Of a stretch of DNA of 64,000 nt, positions 8,040 through 18,180 are shown piece by piece. Position 1 is the stretch's first letter. Each line of letters starts with the position of its first letter. Origin of the DNA: Candidatus Bathyarchaeota archaeon. Lineage in GTDB: Archaea > Thermoproteota > Bathyarchaeia > 40CM-2-53-6. The notes under the pieces were generated by a model. It made no database searches, was not told the DNA's origin, and was given only the letters and a program-made list of their open reading frames with translations. The stretch is taken from positions 512,001 through 576,000 of the forward strand of contig CAVSBL010000002.1 in assembly GCA_963726255.1 (NCBI GenBank), read 5' to 3'. The position numbers and the translations under genes are program-made.

Positions 8040-9992
8040 TTACTTCAGCTCGCTAACTACCGATGTGCCGGCTATGTTCTGGACTACGATCACGTGGCTG
8101 TTCTCGGTGACGTTGACCTGTCCTGGCGTTATGGCCACATACTGCCCTCCAGTCATGGCCCCGGAGCTTGACATGATCAACTGCGTGACGAGTTCACGGT
8201 TCTTAGGGTCCATGTGAACGTCAAACTCGTCGATCGCCCTGAATGGGGAGGTGATGTGTTGTTGGAGCCCTAGCAGGAAGGCCATCATTGCTATGCTGCG
8301 CTCTCCGCCACTCTGCGTGAAGGCGTCGAGGGCGGTGGGTTTGTTTCCCTTGAACCCAACCATTATTTCCACACCACATTTCTCAATATCTCTGGAGGAT
8401 ACGAGCCGAATAGAACCGGTAGCGCCAACGGTTCCTAGGATTTCGTTATAGCGGCCGGTCAATTGTTCTAGGAAGGATGAGAGCACGTCCCGCCATCGGG
8501 AGAGGCGCTTATCAAGCTCCGTTAGAACCTCCTGGCGGTTCTGCGCAACTTGGTCGGCCTTCTGCTTCAGCTCTTCGTAGACCTTCGCGTAGGACGAGTA
8601 CATCTTTTCGACATCTGCCGAGAGCGTTGACAATGGCCTCATCTGCTCTTCGACGGCACCGATTTCCAGCATTATCTCAAGGTTCTTTCTCGGCGATTCC
8701 ACGGCGGCGCCAGTCTTCTCCGCTGCGGCAACCATCGGGTCCAACTCTTCTTTGGCGAGACGAACTTGGGCTTGGAGGTCTGCTACTTCCTCTGTGAGGA
8801 GTTTCCTCTTGAACCCTGAAACCTCATACTCCACGTTCGTGTCGATGAGCCTTGTGAGCGCATCTTCGAGGCGGCCGCTGGTGTCAGCTAGTTTTTCGTT
8901 GAGCGAGGACATTTTCTCCTTCACTCTCGCCAGCTTGCCCTGCGACTCCTCAGCCGTCTCCCGCCAAGAGTTCTTCATCTTGTCGAGTGATTGTAAGGGA
9001 GGTTTAGGCGGCTGTGCCTCTTGCTCGGCCTCAACGGATTGGAAGTTCTGAAGGAGGTTTGTAGTCCATTCGATGTTCAGCTCATGTGTTGTGAGTTGCT
9101 TCACGAGGTCAACCCGTGAATCTTCGAGTTCCATTCGTCCAAGGTTTAATTCGTCAAACTTTGCCTGGCGTTTCTTCTTCGACTCCGCGAGCTCTTGGAT
9201 TTTGTTCTCAATCGATTGTAAAGCTCGCGTCTTCGATTCAATTCTGGCTTCGATGTGAGTTAATGCTTCCTTCTTCCTCTGGATCCGGCTCCACAAGAGT
9301 TCCCTCTTGAGGTTTTCCAGTTTCGTTTCCAGCTGCTGTTTCTGCAAGTAGCGCTCGTACTCACGCTTCCAATAATCATGAGTCTCCTTAGTGGATTCAA
9401 GAACCTGGGCGAGGGATTGCTCTTCGCTTGCGACACTTTCTAGGCGCTGTCTGGCGTCAATGACTTCTTCTCTATATGATTCGAAACCAACGGCTTCCTC
9501 AAGCATCTTCAACTTGTCTTGGGCGGTTACGGCGGCGAAGCGGCCGACCATGAACTGGTGCATGATGACTAGTATGTTGTCGGGGTTCAAGCCGAGGGAA
9601 AGAAAGGCGTCGGTGATTGCTGATTTAGGCGCTGGCTTGTTCTGGAGGAGATAGTAGTACGTGCCTGTGCTCTTGATTACTCGCGTGATGGTGACGAGGT
9701 CGGTGTGGAAGCGGGGGAATGGGCGTCTCTCGCCTGTATTATCGAGGATTAGTGTGACTCGGGCTTCGTCGTGTCCCCACTTTACAAGATCGCTCAACCG
9801 CTTGGACCGTTCAGTGTAAGCTTGGCCCAGAACTACGGAAACCGCAAGGAGGATGGAGGATTTTCCGGCTCCGTTCGGGCCACAAATGAGGTTCAGCCCG
9901 GGCTCTAACGGGACGTATGAGTTTTCGTAGGACATGAAATTTGTGAGCACTACGCCTTTTATCATCTGAGCCGAGCTACCGTTTGAAACCAT
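8040..9992 (-). CDS. Short SMC-family ATPase with Smc5/6-like head
   Basis: LTNFMSY, GPNGAGKS, QSGGERS, PFRAIDEFDVHMD; coiled coils between the head halves; only 650 aa. Confidence 0.85.
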   Translation of the reverse strand: MVSNGSSAQMIKGVVLTNFMSYENSYVPLEPGLNLICGPNGAGKSSILLAVSVVLGQAYTERSKRLSDLVKWGHDEARVTLILDNTGERRPFPRFHTDLVTITRVIKSTGTYYYLLQNKPAPKSAITDAFLSLGLNPDNILVIMHQFMVGRFAAVTAQDKLKMLEEAVGFESYREEVIDARQRLESVASEEQSLAQVLESTKETHDYWKREYERYLQKQQLETKLENLKRELLWSRIQRKKEALTHIEARIESKTRALQSIENKIQELAESKKKRQAKFDELNLGRMELEDSRVDLVKQLTTHELNIEWTTNLLQNFQSVEAEQEAQPPKPPLQSLDKMKNSWRETAEESQGKLARVKEKMSSLNEKLADTSGRLEDALTRLIDTNVEYEVSGFKRKLLTEEVADLQAQVRLAKEELDPMVAAAEKTGAAVESPRKNLEIMLEIGAVEEQMRPLSTLSADVEKMYSSYAKVYEELKQKADQVAQNRQEVLTELDKRLSRWRDVLSSFLEQLTGRYNEILGTVGATGSIRLVSSRDIEKCGVEIMVGFKGNKPTALDAFTQSGGERSIAMMAFLLGLQQHITSPFRAIDEFDVHMDPKNRELVTQLIMSSSGAMTGGQYVAITPGQVNVTENSHVIVVQNIAGTSVVSELK

Positions 9993-10167
9993 GGTTGCCT
10001 TCTGCTGCGTAAAAAACGTTCAGGGATTTTGGGACCCTTCTCCATGGACGCTTCTTATTCTCCATGAGTTCATGCGATTTTGAAATTCCGAAAAATACAT
10101 TCCGCGCTGCATTTGTTCACAATAGAGTAAAGACAAATTATATTGAACGAAAAAACTGCGGCGTACG

Positions 10168-10175
10168 TTTAAATA
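10168..10175 (+). promoter_or_regulatory. TATA box candidate for gar1-tfb
   Basis: TTTAAATA in an AT-rich divergent intergenic region about 50 nt upstream of gar1. Confidence 0.5.
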
Positions 10176-10222
10176 TGATAGTAACCTCACAAATCAACGA
10201 CGGCGGGAGTGACGTAGAAAGT

Positions 10223-10453
10223 TTGCGCAGGCTCGGCAAAATTCTTCATCTTTCGAGCAGCCGTAGCCTCATAGTGAAATGCGACGAAGCCCGCTTCGTC
10301 AAATTGGGCACCCGAGCTTGTGATAGCAAACTCAAGGAGATAGGAAAAGTCCAAGACCTATTCGGACCCATATCCTCCCCTTACATCTCGATCAGACCCT
10401 TGGGTCCTTCGCCTGCCAAGTATGTAGGGCGGATTGCTTACTCCTTGGATTAG
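10223..10453 (+). CDS. gar1: H/ACA RNP protein Gar1/Naf1
   Basis: RLGKILH and IGKVQDLFGPISSPY; conserved position upstream of tfb; TTG start. Confidence 0.85.
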   Translation: MRRLGKILHLSSSRSLIVKCDEARFVKLGTRACDSKLKEIGKVQDLFGPISSPYISIRPLGPSPAKYVGRIAYSLD

Positions 10454-10466
10454 GGTAGATGAGAAA

Positions 10467-11423
10467 GTGTCTGAAGAAACTGATGGTGGAGTAGGCGAAA
10501 CGCTACATCCCACTCAAAAGGTGCGTGTATGCCCTGAGTGTGGCGGCCCTAAACTGATGCGTGACTACGAAGCCGCTGAAATTGTTTGTATGGCTTGCGG
10601 GTTCGTGATCGACGAAAAGATTGCTGACACGAGGCCTGAATGGCGCGCGTTTGACGACGACCAAAAGGCCAAACGTAGCCGTGTTGGTTCTCCTCTAACG
10701 TATACCATTCATGACAAAGGGCTCTCAACTGTAATCGATTGGCGTGATAGGCGTGTTCTTGGGAAACGGGCAACCGCCGCCCAAAGGCTGGATCTTTACA
10801 AGCTTCGCAAATGGCAGAGCAGGGTGCGGGTGTCGGATGCTACTGAGAGAAACCTTGCAGTTGCTTTGGCTGAACTGACCAAGCTCTCTTCTGCGTTGAA
10901 TCTTCCGAAGAATATTCTGGAAACGGCTTCAGTCATCTACCGTCGGGCAATTAAGAAACGTCTCATTCGGGGAAGGTCAATCCATAATGTAACCGCTGCT
11001 GCCATTTACATGAGTTGCCGGCAATGCGGAGTTCCGCGAACACTTGACGAGATAGCATCATGCTCGAGTCTCAACAAGAAAGACGTCGGTAGGAGCTACA
11101 GGTTCATGGTGCGAGAACTTGAAGCGTTCGTGCCCCCGTCTACGAGCAGGAATTACGCTGCAAGGTTCAGTAACAAACTGGTTATTTCTGGAAAGGCGGA
11201 GGCGATTGCTATTCGCATCCTGGAGATTGCGAAGGAGATGAAGTTGACGAGCGGCAGGGGGCCGACGGGTATCGCTGCCGCAGCCACATACATCGCTACG
11301 GTCCTCACAAACGAACGGAAGACTCAACGTGAGATAGCTGAGATAGCGAATGTGACTGAGGTTACGATTAGAAACAGGTACAAAGAACTGCTTGAGCGTC
11401 TGTTTATCGAAGTTCCGTTGTAA
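10467..11423 (+). CDS. tfb: Transcription initiation factor B
   Basis: Zn ribbon CPECG/CMACG, PEWRAF, cyclin repeats, VTEVTIRNRYKEL. Confidence 0.97.
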   Translation: MSEETDGGVGETLHPTQKVRVCPECGGPKLMRDYEAAEIVCMACGFVIDEKIADTRPEWRAFDDDQKAKRSRVGSPLTYTIHDKGLSTVIDWRDRRVLGKRATAAQRLDLYKLRKWQSRVRVSDATERNLAVALAELTKLSSALNLPKNILETASVIYRRAIKKRLIRGRSIHNVTAAAIYMSCRQCGVPRTLDEIASCSSLNKKDVGRSYRFMVRELEAFVPPSTSRNYAARFSNKLVISGKAEAIAIRILEIAKEMKLTSGRGPTGIAAAATYIATVLTNERKTQREIAEIANVTEVTIRNRYKELLERLFIEVPL

Positions 11424-11435
11424 GATACCCGTAGT

Positions 11436-14400
11436 CTATTGCTTCGCCGTGCTTTTTCCGCCTAATCTTGCTTTCTCGAATAGGCCGAACTCATACGTTT
11501 CTGACCCAATCTGCCACGCCTTAGTGTAGTAGGGAATCTTTGTTTGTTCTCTTTTCGTAGTAATTGTCAGTTGTTTTGCCCGAACTTCCCCGGCGATGTA
11601 ACTTCGCTTACCTTTGAGTAGATTCGCGGCGTTTGCTGACGGTGCGAGGATGTAGGCGTTCACGTACGAGTCCACCTTGAGGTCCATTTCCTTTCGCATT
11701 TGCTGCATGCGCCTTACAGCGTCTCGAGCTAAGCCTTCGGCCAGTTCACTCTTCGTAAGTTTCAGGTCAACGTATACTGAGCCGTCAGCGAATTCGGCTT
11801 TAGCGAAACGTGCGGGTTCTTCGTATTTCGAACTTGCAGCCCTGTCGGTTGAAGTCAGGGTTCTTGTGTTTGCTTGATCAAGAACGAGGGTTGAGTAGGT
11901 CTTCAGGGCCTTTCGCACACGTTTGGAGTCGGTTGCCACCACTATGCGTGGGACAGGTTGCCTTTGTTTCATCGCCTTTTGCATACGGGCTACGGCGACC
12001 GTAGAAATCACATCTTTGGCTGCATTCATCTCTTCCTCAAGGGAGTCGCTGATCCACTTCTCGTCGAATTGTGGCCAGTCAAGCAGGTGTACGGTCTGGG
12101 GGAGTTTCGGTTCAGCGTTCCTGAACATGTGTTGGTAGATTGATTCAGTTAGGAAAGGCGTTATTGGGGTTAGCATTATGAGAGCAGCTTTAAGGGCCGT
12201 ATAGAGGGTTGTGTATGCTGCCAGCTTGTCTCGTGTTTGTTTCTCAACCCATGTTCGGCGCCTGATGAACCTGACGTATGTGTGGCTTAGGTCCTCCACT
12301 AGGAAGGTTTTGAGTTTTCGAACCGCTTCATGGATCTTGTATTCTTCCATTAACGTGGTTGCTTCTTTGATTGTCCGGTGCATTCGGCTTAGGAGCCATC
12401 GGTCCTCAGGGCGCAGGCTGCGCGTGAGTTGCTTCAAAGACATTTTTGGTGAGAACTTGTCTAGGCACATGTATGTGCTCGCGAAGACATAGGTGTTCCA
12501 GAATGTGCTCAAGTCACCGCTGTATTGTTTGACAGCGTCCCATGAGAATCGGAGGTCTTCCCACAACGTGGTCTGGAGAACATAGTAGCGGAATGAGTCT
12601 CGGCCGAATTTCTCTGTAACCTCATTGGCCGTAACGTAGTTGCCTCCTGACTTATGCATTTCACGCCCTTCGGAATCAAGTGCGAAGCCGTGCATCAGGA
12701 CAGTCTTGTATGGTACCTTGCCCATCGTCACCATTCCGCTTTTCAGAAGGGCAAAGAACCACAGCGTTACCTGGTCGCGTCCCTCTACGATGAAATCGGC
12801 AGGCCACCAGTATTTGGTCTCAGAACTATTCTTCGGGTATCCCAAGCATGCCAGTGATGCGCCACCCGAGTCGAACCAAACGTCCATAACGTCCGGCACG
12901 CGGGTCATGTCGGCTCCGCAGTCGCATCTGAACTTTACTTTGTCGATCCAAGGCATGTGCAGGGTTGGCAGGTCCACCGGTGAGGTCGCATTCTCAAGGA
13001 GTTCTTGCTTTGACCCGATGATCTTCCGTTTTCCACAGGACCCACATGTCCACACTGGAAGCGGGGTGCCCCAGAACCTCTGGCGTGAGATCACCCAGTC
13101 TCTCAATGCCCCAAGCCAATTCTTGAACTGGACGGCTCCAGCCCACTCAGGGATCCATAGTGTAGAGTCGACTTCTTTGATGAAGGCATCTTTCTTCTGT
13201 GCGATTCGGATGAGCCATTGGTCGGTCGCGCGGATTATGAGTGGCGTTTTGCAGCGCCAACAAGCGGGGCTTCGGTGTTCTATTTCTTCCCGTGAAGAAG
13301 CATTCCAAGCGATTTCAGATCATCAATTACCTCAGGGTTTGCATCTCTAACGGGTTTCCCTGAGTACTTCCCAGCTTCAGGAGTTAACTTTCCTTGGTCG
13401 TCGACCAGCATTAGGACGGGTAAGCCGTAGCGTACGCCCACTTCGTAATCTTGCTCTCCATGACCTGGTGCGGAGTGAACGCATCCAGTCCCTTCCCCAA
13501 GGACCACGTACTCCTTGCTTAGAACAACTCGGTGAGCATTTTTCAAGTTGCGTTGAGCGGGAACCAAGCTTTCCAGAGGGGAGCGGTAAACCAAACCGTC
13601 AAGTTTCGTTCCAGGGAAACTTTCTAGAAGCTGCATGGTTTGGCCTGAGGCCTTTGCGACCTCTTCTATTCGTTCCTTTGCGAGTATGAACGTCTCCTGT
13701 CCCGATCTAACTCTTGCGTACTCAAAATCTGGGTTCACCATGACGGCCACGTTTGATGGTAGCGTCCAAGGCGTTGTCGTCCAGATCAGTACGAACTCGT
13801 CTTGCTTGCTTTCCACGGGGAACTTCACGTAGATCGATGGGTCTCGAACCATCTTGTACTCTAGGGCAACCTCGTAATCCGAGAGGACCGTTTCATCCTG
13901 AGGGCACCAATGTACGACTCTCTGGCCGTGCTCAAGGAGTCCCTTCGACGCCGCTTGCTTGAAACCCCACCAGCCGCTCTCAACATAGGAATCCAGATGC
14001 GTCATGTAGGGCCGGTCCCAGTCCATCCAGATGCCCAGATCCTGGAAAGCCCTTGTCAGTGAAGCCGAGTTCGTTTCTGAGAATCGTTTGCATTCCGTGA
14101 TGAACCGTTCGAGTCCGAAGCTTTCTATTTCCTTCTTAGTTTTGACGCCAAACTTCTGCTCTATCGCGAGCTCAACGGGCAGGCCATGGCAGTCATAGCC
14201 CGGTTGATCCCTGACATTGAACCCGCACGAACGTTTGTAGCGAATTACAGTGTCCTTCAGAACCTTGCCCCAAGAGGTTCCTATGTGGGGTTGGTCCGCA
14301 CTAGGGAAAGGAGGGCCATCTAGGAAGTAGAATTTTGGATTTTTGGATTTTGCCTTCTTTACTGCTTCGTATGTTTGGTTTTCTTCCCAGAGAGTCTTTA

Positions 14401-14461
14401 CTTCGCTTTCAACTACTTTGGGGTCGTATTGTTTCGGCAGTTCGCCAACGTGCTTGCTCAT
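11436..14461 (-). CDS. ileS: Isoleucyl-tRNA synthetase (1-nt frameshift at about 13290, likely assembly error)
   Basis: DGPP, HIGT, DCHGLP, WTTTPWT, DWVISRQR, EMHKS; one extra G joins the two ORFs as LLHGEEIEHRSPACWRCKTP. Confidence 0.95.
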
Positions 14462-14477
14462 TACCGTAACCTCTGCT

Positions 14478-14592
14478 TGTCGGGTCCTACGAGAATTCCT
14501 GGATGATTTCGCCGCATTGATTGATAACAATGCCAGTAAGTATGCTTCAGAAGCTTACTGTTCGATTTCTCGGTCACCTTTCACCGGCGACA
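14478..14592. promoter_or_regulatory. Nested stem-loop structure in the ileS/kae1 divergent intergenic region
   Basis: Four nested or adjacent helices: TGTCG/CGACA, CGAGAA/TTCTCG, GCATTG/CAATGC, CAGTAAG/CTTACTG. Confidence 0.4.
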
Positions 14593-14690
14593 CCATCAAC
14601 GCGACTCACGATGCTATAGCTTATTTTAAGTTAACTAACCATTTCGAGACCCTTTTCTGGCTGTGTTCACAATCCTTGGCTGCGATTGCT

Positions 14691-15689
14691 TTGTACTGCC
14701 TGGGAATAGAGTCCACCGCGCATACTTTTGGTGCAAGCGTTGTAACTGACAGTGGGCGGATACTATCTGATTCACGAGACGTTTACGCCTCTGCTCCCGG
14801 GAAGGGGATACATCCGCGTGAGGCGGCTGAGCATCACAGTGAAGTTGCCGCTGGCGTCATCTCGGATTCGTTGAAAAAAGCGGGCAGCGTCAAACCTTCG
14901 GAATTGGACGGCGTCGGCGTCTCTCTAGGGCCCGGGCTCGGCCCATGCCTCAGGGTTGGGGCGACGGTTGCCCGGTCCATATCGGCTTTCTTTGATATTC
15001 CGTTGGTACCCGTGAACCACGCCATTGGCCACATCGAAATTGGGATTCTCACAACAGGCGCCAAAGACCCATTGGTGGTACTCGTTTCTGGAGGTCACAC
15101 AGCAATCGCGGCTTTTTCCGGAGGGAGGTGGAGAATATTCGGGGAGACTGAGGACATTACCATTGGAAACTTATTCGACATGTTCGCGAGAGAGATTGAC
15201 CTGCCATCGCCGGCGGGTCCGCAGATTGAGAAACTAGCAGGAAAGTCATCACATTTCCTAATGCTCCCGTATGTAGTCAAGGGCAATGACGTCTCATACT
15301 CCGGGCTGCTGACGGCTTCCCTTGCGAAGTTTAGGTCCGGCGCAGGCTTGGAGGATGTCTGCTACTCGATGCAAGAGGTCTCCTGCTCGATGCTGGCAGA
15401 AGCCGTTGAACGTAGCTTGGCCTACACGGGCAAGAAGGAAATCCTCCTAACGGGAGGTGTGGCAGCCAATAAAACCTTGAAAGAGAAACTTGAGGCCGTC
15501 GCCGGGCTTCATGACGCCGTCTGCTACGTGGTCGATTCCGCCTATACGGGCGATTGTGGCGCGCAAATCGCGTGGACCGCAATGCTGGCGCTTCAGGCTG
15601 GTTTGGCCACTTCCGCACACGCGGCGCTCGTTAGGCCGAAATGGAGGTTGGAAGATGTCGATATCCCCTGGAGAAATGGCGCAAGCTAG
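14691..15689 (+). CDS. kae1: KEOPS tRNA t6A synthase Kae1
   Basis: LGIESTAHT, GIHPREAAEHH, GPGLGP, VNHAIGHIE, VSGGHT. Confidence 0.97.
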   Translation: MYCLGIESTAHTFGASVVTDSGRILSDSRDVYASAPGKGIHPREAAEHHSEVAAGVISDSLKKAGSVKPSELDGVGVSLGPGLGPCLRVGATVARSISAFFDIPLVPVNHAIGHIEIGILTTGAKDPLVVLVSGGHTAIAAFSGGRWRIFGETEDITIGNLFDMFAREIDLPSPAGPQIEKLAGKSSHFLMLPYVVKGNDVSYSGLLTASLAKFRSGAGLEDVCYSMQEVSCSMLAEAVERSLAYTGKKEILLTGGVAANKTLKEKLEAVAGLHDAVCYVVDSAYTGDCGAQIAWTAMLALQAGLATSAHAALVRPKWRLEDVDIPWRNGAS

Positions 15690-16317
15690 ACTCATTTACA
15701 AGGGCGCCGAAGCCGAAATCTACCTCCAAGACTGGCAAGGGGAACTAGCGATCAGAAAGAGCCGTATCCCGAAACCGTACAGGGTATCCGAACTCGATGA
15801 ATCAATACGCCGGATGAGGACAGCCCACGAAGCGAATATGATGCACGAAGTAAGGAAGCTGGGAGTTCCAGTTCCCACAATTCGGCATATTGACCCCGAA
15901 TCGACGACGTTGATTATGGACTATGTAAGGGGGCCCACATTGAAAGAGGAGTTGTACGAGCTCTCGATGTCAAAACGCCGTGAACGCTGTAACTCACTAG
16001 GCAACATAGTCGCAGTAATGCATGAGGGAGGGTTTGTTCATGGGGACATGACAATTTCGAACGTACTATCCGAGGACGGCAAACTGTTCATGATCGATTT
16101 CGGGTTGGGTGATTTCTCGAACGAGATAGAAGATATGGGTGTAGACCTGCTCCTTCTGAACCGGGCGATGAAGAGTACTCACTACTCGTTCCACGCCACC
16201 CTGTTCAATTCCTTCCTGAAAGGCTACGCAAAGACTATCGGCAAAAGGCGAGCGAGGGAGACTTTCCAGAAGATGCGCGAGATTGAGAAGCGGGGCAGAT
16301 ACTTTGAGAGGGGCTAG
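15676..16317 (+). CDS. bud32: KEOPS kinase/ATPase Bud32
   Basis: KGAEA, HGDMTISN, IDFGL, RGRY. Confidence 0.95.
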   Translation: MAQARLIYKGAEAEIYLQDWQGELAIRKSRIPKPYRVSELDESIRRMRTAHEANMMHEVRKLGVPVPTIRHIDPESTTLIMDYVRGPTLKEELYELSMSKRRERCNSLGNIVAVMHEGGFVHGDMTISNVLSEDGKLFMIDFGLGDFSNEIEDMGVDLLLLNRAMKSTHYSFHATLFNSFLKGYAKTIGKRRARETFQKMREIEKRGRYFERG

Positions 16318-16894
16318 CAAGACAGTCTATTTCGCAACAACCAACCGGGGAAAGTTCATTGAAGCCGCCCAGGTCGCTTCACGTTTTGGAATTAGGCTGA
16401 AGCAGTTGCGTGTAGAGAAGCTGGAGATTCAGTCAAACGATTTAGAACTCATTGCCTCCTTCGCAGCTATGTGGGCAGCGCGGTCAAACAAGTGCCCAGT
16501 GGTGGCAGAGGATGCGGGCTTCTTCCTGAAAGCGTTAGGCGGCTTTCCCGGCCCATACTCATCATACGTCTTCAAAACTCTGGGGACGAGTGGAATTCTG
16601 AGACTCATGGAGAACGCAAGGAACAGAAGGGCATCCTTCCGAGCGGCAGTGGCTTTTTGCACCCCTAAGACGCGCCCTTGGTGTTTTACAGGCGTCGTGG
16701 AGGGTCGCGTAAGCAGAAAGGCTAGGGGAACTCACGGCTTCGGTTTCGACCCGATCTTCATCCCCCGGAAGGGAGACGGGCGCACATTCGCTGAGATGGC
16801 CACTGAAGAGAAGAACGCCCTCTCGCACCGTGCCATGGCTTTTGCAGGTTTCTTGAGATGGTTCAAGGCCGAAGAGAAAAGGTTCTCGGGCTAG
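16304..16894 (+). CDS. rdgB: Non-canonical purine NTP pyrophosphatase (RdgB/HAM1)
   Basis: ATTNRGK, EDAG, GFPGPYS, GFGFDPIF, SHR. Confidence 0.95.
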   Translation: MRGASKTVYFATTNRGKFIEAAQVASRFGIRLKQLRVEKLEIQSNDLELIASFAAMWAARSNKCPVVAEDAGFFLKALGGFPGPYSSYVFKTLGTSGILRLMENARNRRASFRAAVAFCTPKTRPWCFTGVVEGRVSRKARGTHGFGFDPIFIPRKGDGRTFAEMATEEKNALSHRAMAFAGFLRWFKAEEKRFSG

Positions 16895-16928
16895 AGCGGT
16901 CACACTAACCTGGGATTGCCGAGTTCGT

Positions 16929-17549
16929 TCAGGTTTGCTTTGACCCACACTCGCCGCAGAACCGTGAACCCGGACGTAGCTCTGCACCGCAGTTTACGCA
17001 GAAACTTGCCTTTCCGGACTTGGCTTTTGGCTTCGTAGCGCTCCGTCCCTTGATGGCCGTTGTCAATACAAAGAGGACTACAACGATCATGACGATTGCA
17101 GCAAGGCCCAGGAACAGCGAATCACTCAACCCGTAAGCTGCGTACGCTGGAGTCATTGCGAAGTTCGTGTACGTTACCTGGACCTGTTGGGTTGTGGCCG
17201 ACTGAGTTGTGAGGGTGACTTGGGAAATCTGCGTGTGTGCCTCGTAAGTCGAGAGTGTTTGGGTGATGGAATAGGTTTGGGTTGGGTAACAGGCCATTGA
17301 GGCTGGGTCACAGAAATAATTGTAGACCATGGACAATCCTGTGGATGTCGAGTATGGAACCCAGCCAGCGCTTGTTGATGAAACCGTACTCCAGTAAACG
17401 TAGTTGCTCGCTGTTGTGCTGGCGAGGGTATCAGTTCTTAGAATAGGCACGGTTACGAGTGGATAGGCTAGCGATCCCAGGCTGAGAACCGCTACCGCTA
17501 GAAGTACGAGAGCGAAGAGCAGGGAGGGTGCAATGCGAGGCATGAGCAA
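16929..17549 (-). CDS. Ser/Thr-rich membrane protein with C-terminal zinc ribbon
   Basis: N-terminal hydrophobic helix, T/S-rich region, TM helix, CVNCG...CGECG. Confidence 0.75.
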   Translation of the reverse strand: MLMPRIAPSLLFALVLLAVAVLSLGSLAYPLVTVPILRTDTLASTTASNYVYWSTVSSTSAGWVPYSTSTGLSMVYNYFCDPASMACYPTQTYSITQTLSTYEAHTQISQVTLTTQSATTQQVQVTYTNFAMTPAYAAYGLSDSLFLGLAAIVMIVVVLFVLTTAIKGRSATKPKAKSGKASFCVNCGAELRPGSRFCGECGSKQT

Positions 17550-17730
17550 GTCACCTGCCGGACCGGGTAATTACTCTACCTCAACCCCGGAGTACGTTGA
17601 ACGCTCGAATGGAAGTGTAATTTAACCTCCAGGGAAAATGCGAAGTCTCACGCCGTGACGGTCGCGACAAGTTAAATAATCGAGGGGCCGAGGAGGAGGT
17701 AACAATTTCAAGTTTGGAGCACGTAATTCG

Positions 17731-18180
17731 TTGGCAAGGCTTTACACTAGTAAGCGGGGAAGGTCAGGGTCAACCCGCCCCATAAGCAAGAAAGCACCAA
17801 CATGGTGCAAGTATACGCCCGAAGAGGTGGAAGCACTAGTTCTCAAACTATCCCGGGAAGGTAATTCCCCCAGCACCATAGGAATGCTCATGCGTGATCG
17901 CTACGCCGTCCCATTAGTCAAATCACTTACGGGGAAGAATGTGCAGGAGCTGCTGCAAGCAACAAAGCAAGCCGGGGCGCTGCCCGAAGATTTGAGCGCG
18001 CTTCTAAAGAAAGCAGACCACCTTAGGCGCCACCTAGAGAAGAACCGGAAGGATTACGTTAACAAACGTTCCCTAGCTATGGTTGAATCGAAGATTCACC
18101 GCTTAGTTAAGTACTACCGGGCCAAGGGGCAACTTCGACCTGAGTGGCAATACAAACACGTTGTAGCGTCAGTGGCCTAA
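17731..18180 (+). CDS. rps15: 30S ribosomal protein S15 (uS15)
   Basis: GRSGSTRP, ESKIHRLVKYY. Confidence 0.97.
   Translation: MARLYTSKRGRSGSTRPISKKAPTWCKYTPEEVEALVLKLSREGNSPSTIGMLMRDRYAVPLVKSLTGKNVQELLQATKQAGALPEDLSALLKKADHLRRHLEKNRKDYVNKRSLAMVESKIHRLVKYYRAKGQLRPEWQYKHVVASVA

Noticed and set aside
6623-9992. Wadjet/MksBEFG or Rad50-Mre11
   Set aside because: No JetD/Toprim nuclease or Mre11/NurA/HerA gene nearby, no zinc hook, and the head motifs are Smc5/6-like.
9993-10222. AT-rich region as a replication origin
   Set aside because: No ORB-like repeats or adjacent cdc6/orc1; a divergent promoter explains it.
13280-13300. Programmed frameshifting or a split ileS (likewise infB and rpoE1)
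   Set aside because: No shared slippery heptamer; all are 1-nt losses at short homopolymers in essential genes, typical of sequencing error. Not called pseudogenes.
14343-14690. Long N-terminal extension of Kae1, or a Kae1-Bud32 fusion
   Set aside because: The extension overlaps ileS antisense; Kae1 ends normally (DIPW) and Bud32 has its own ATG.
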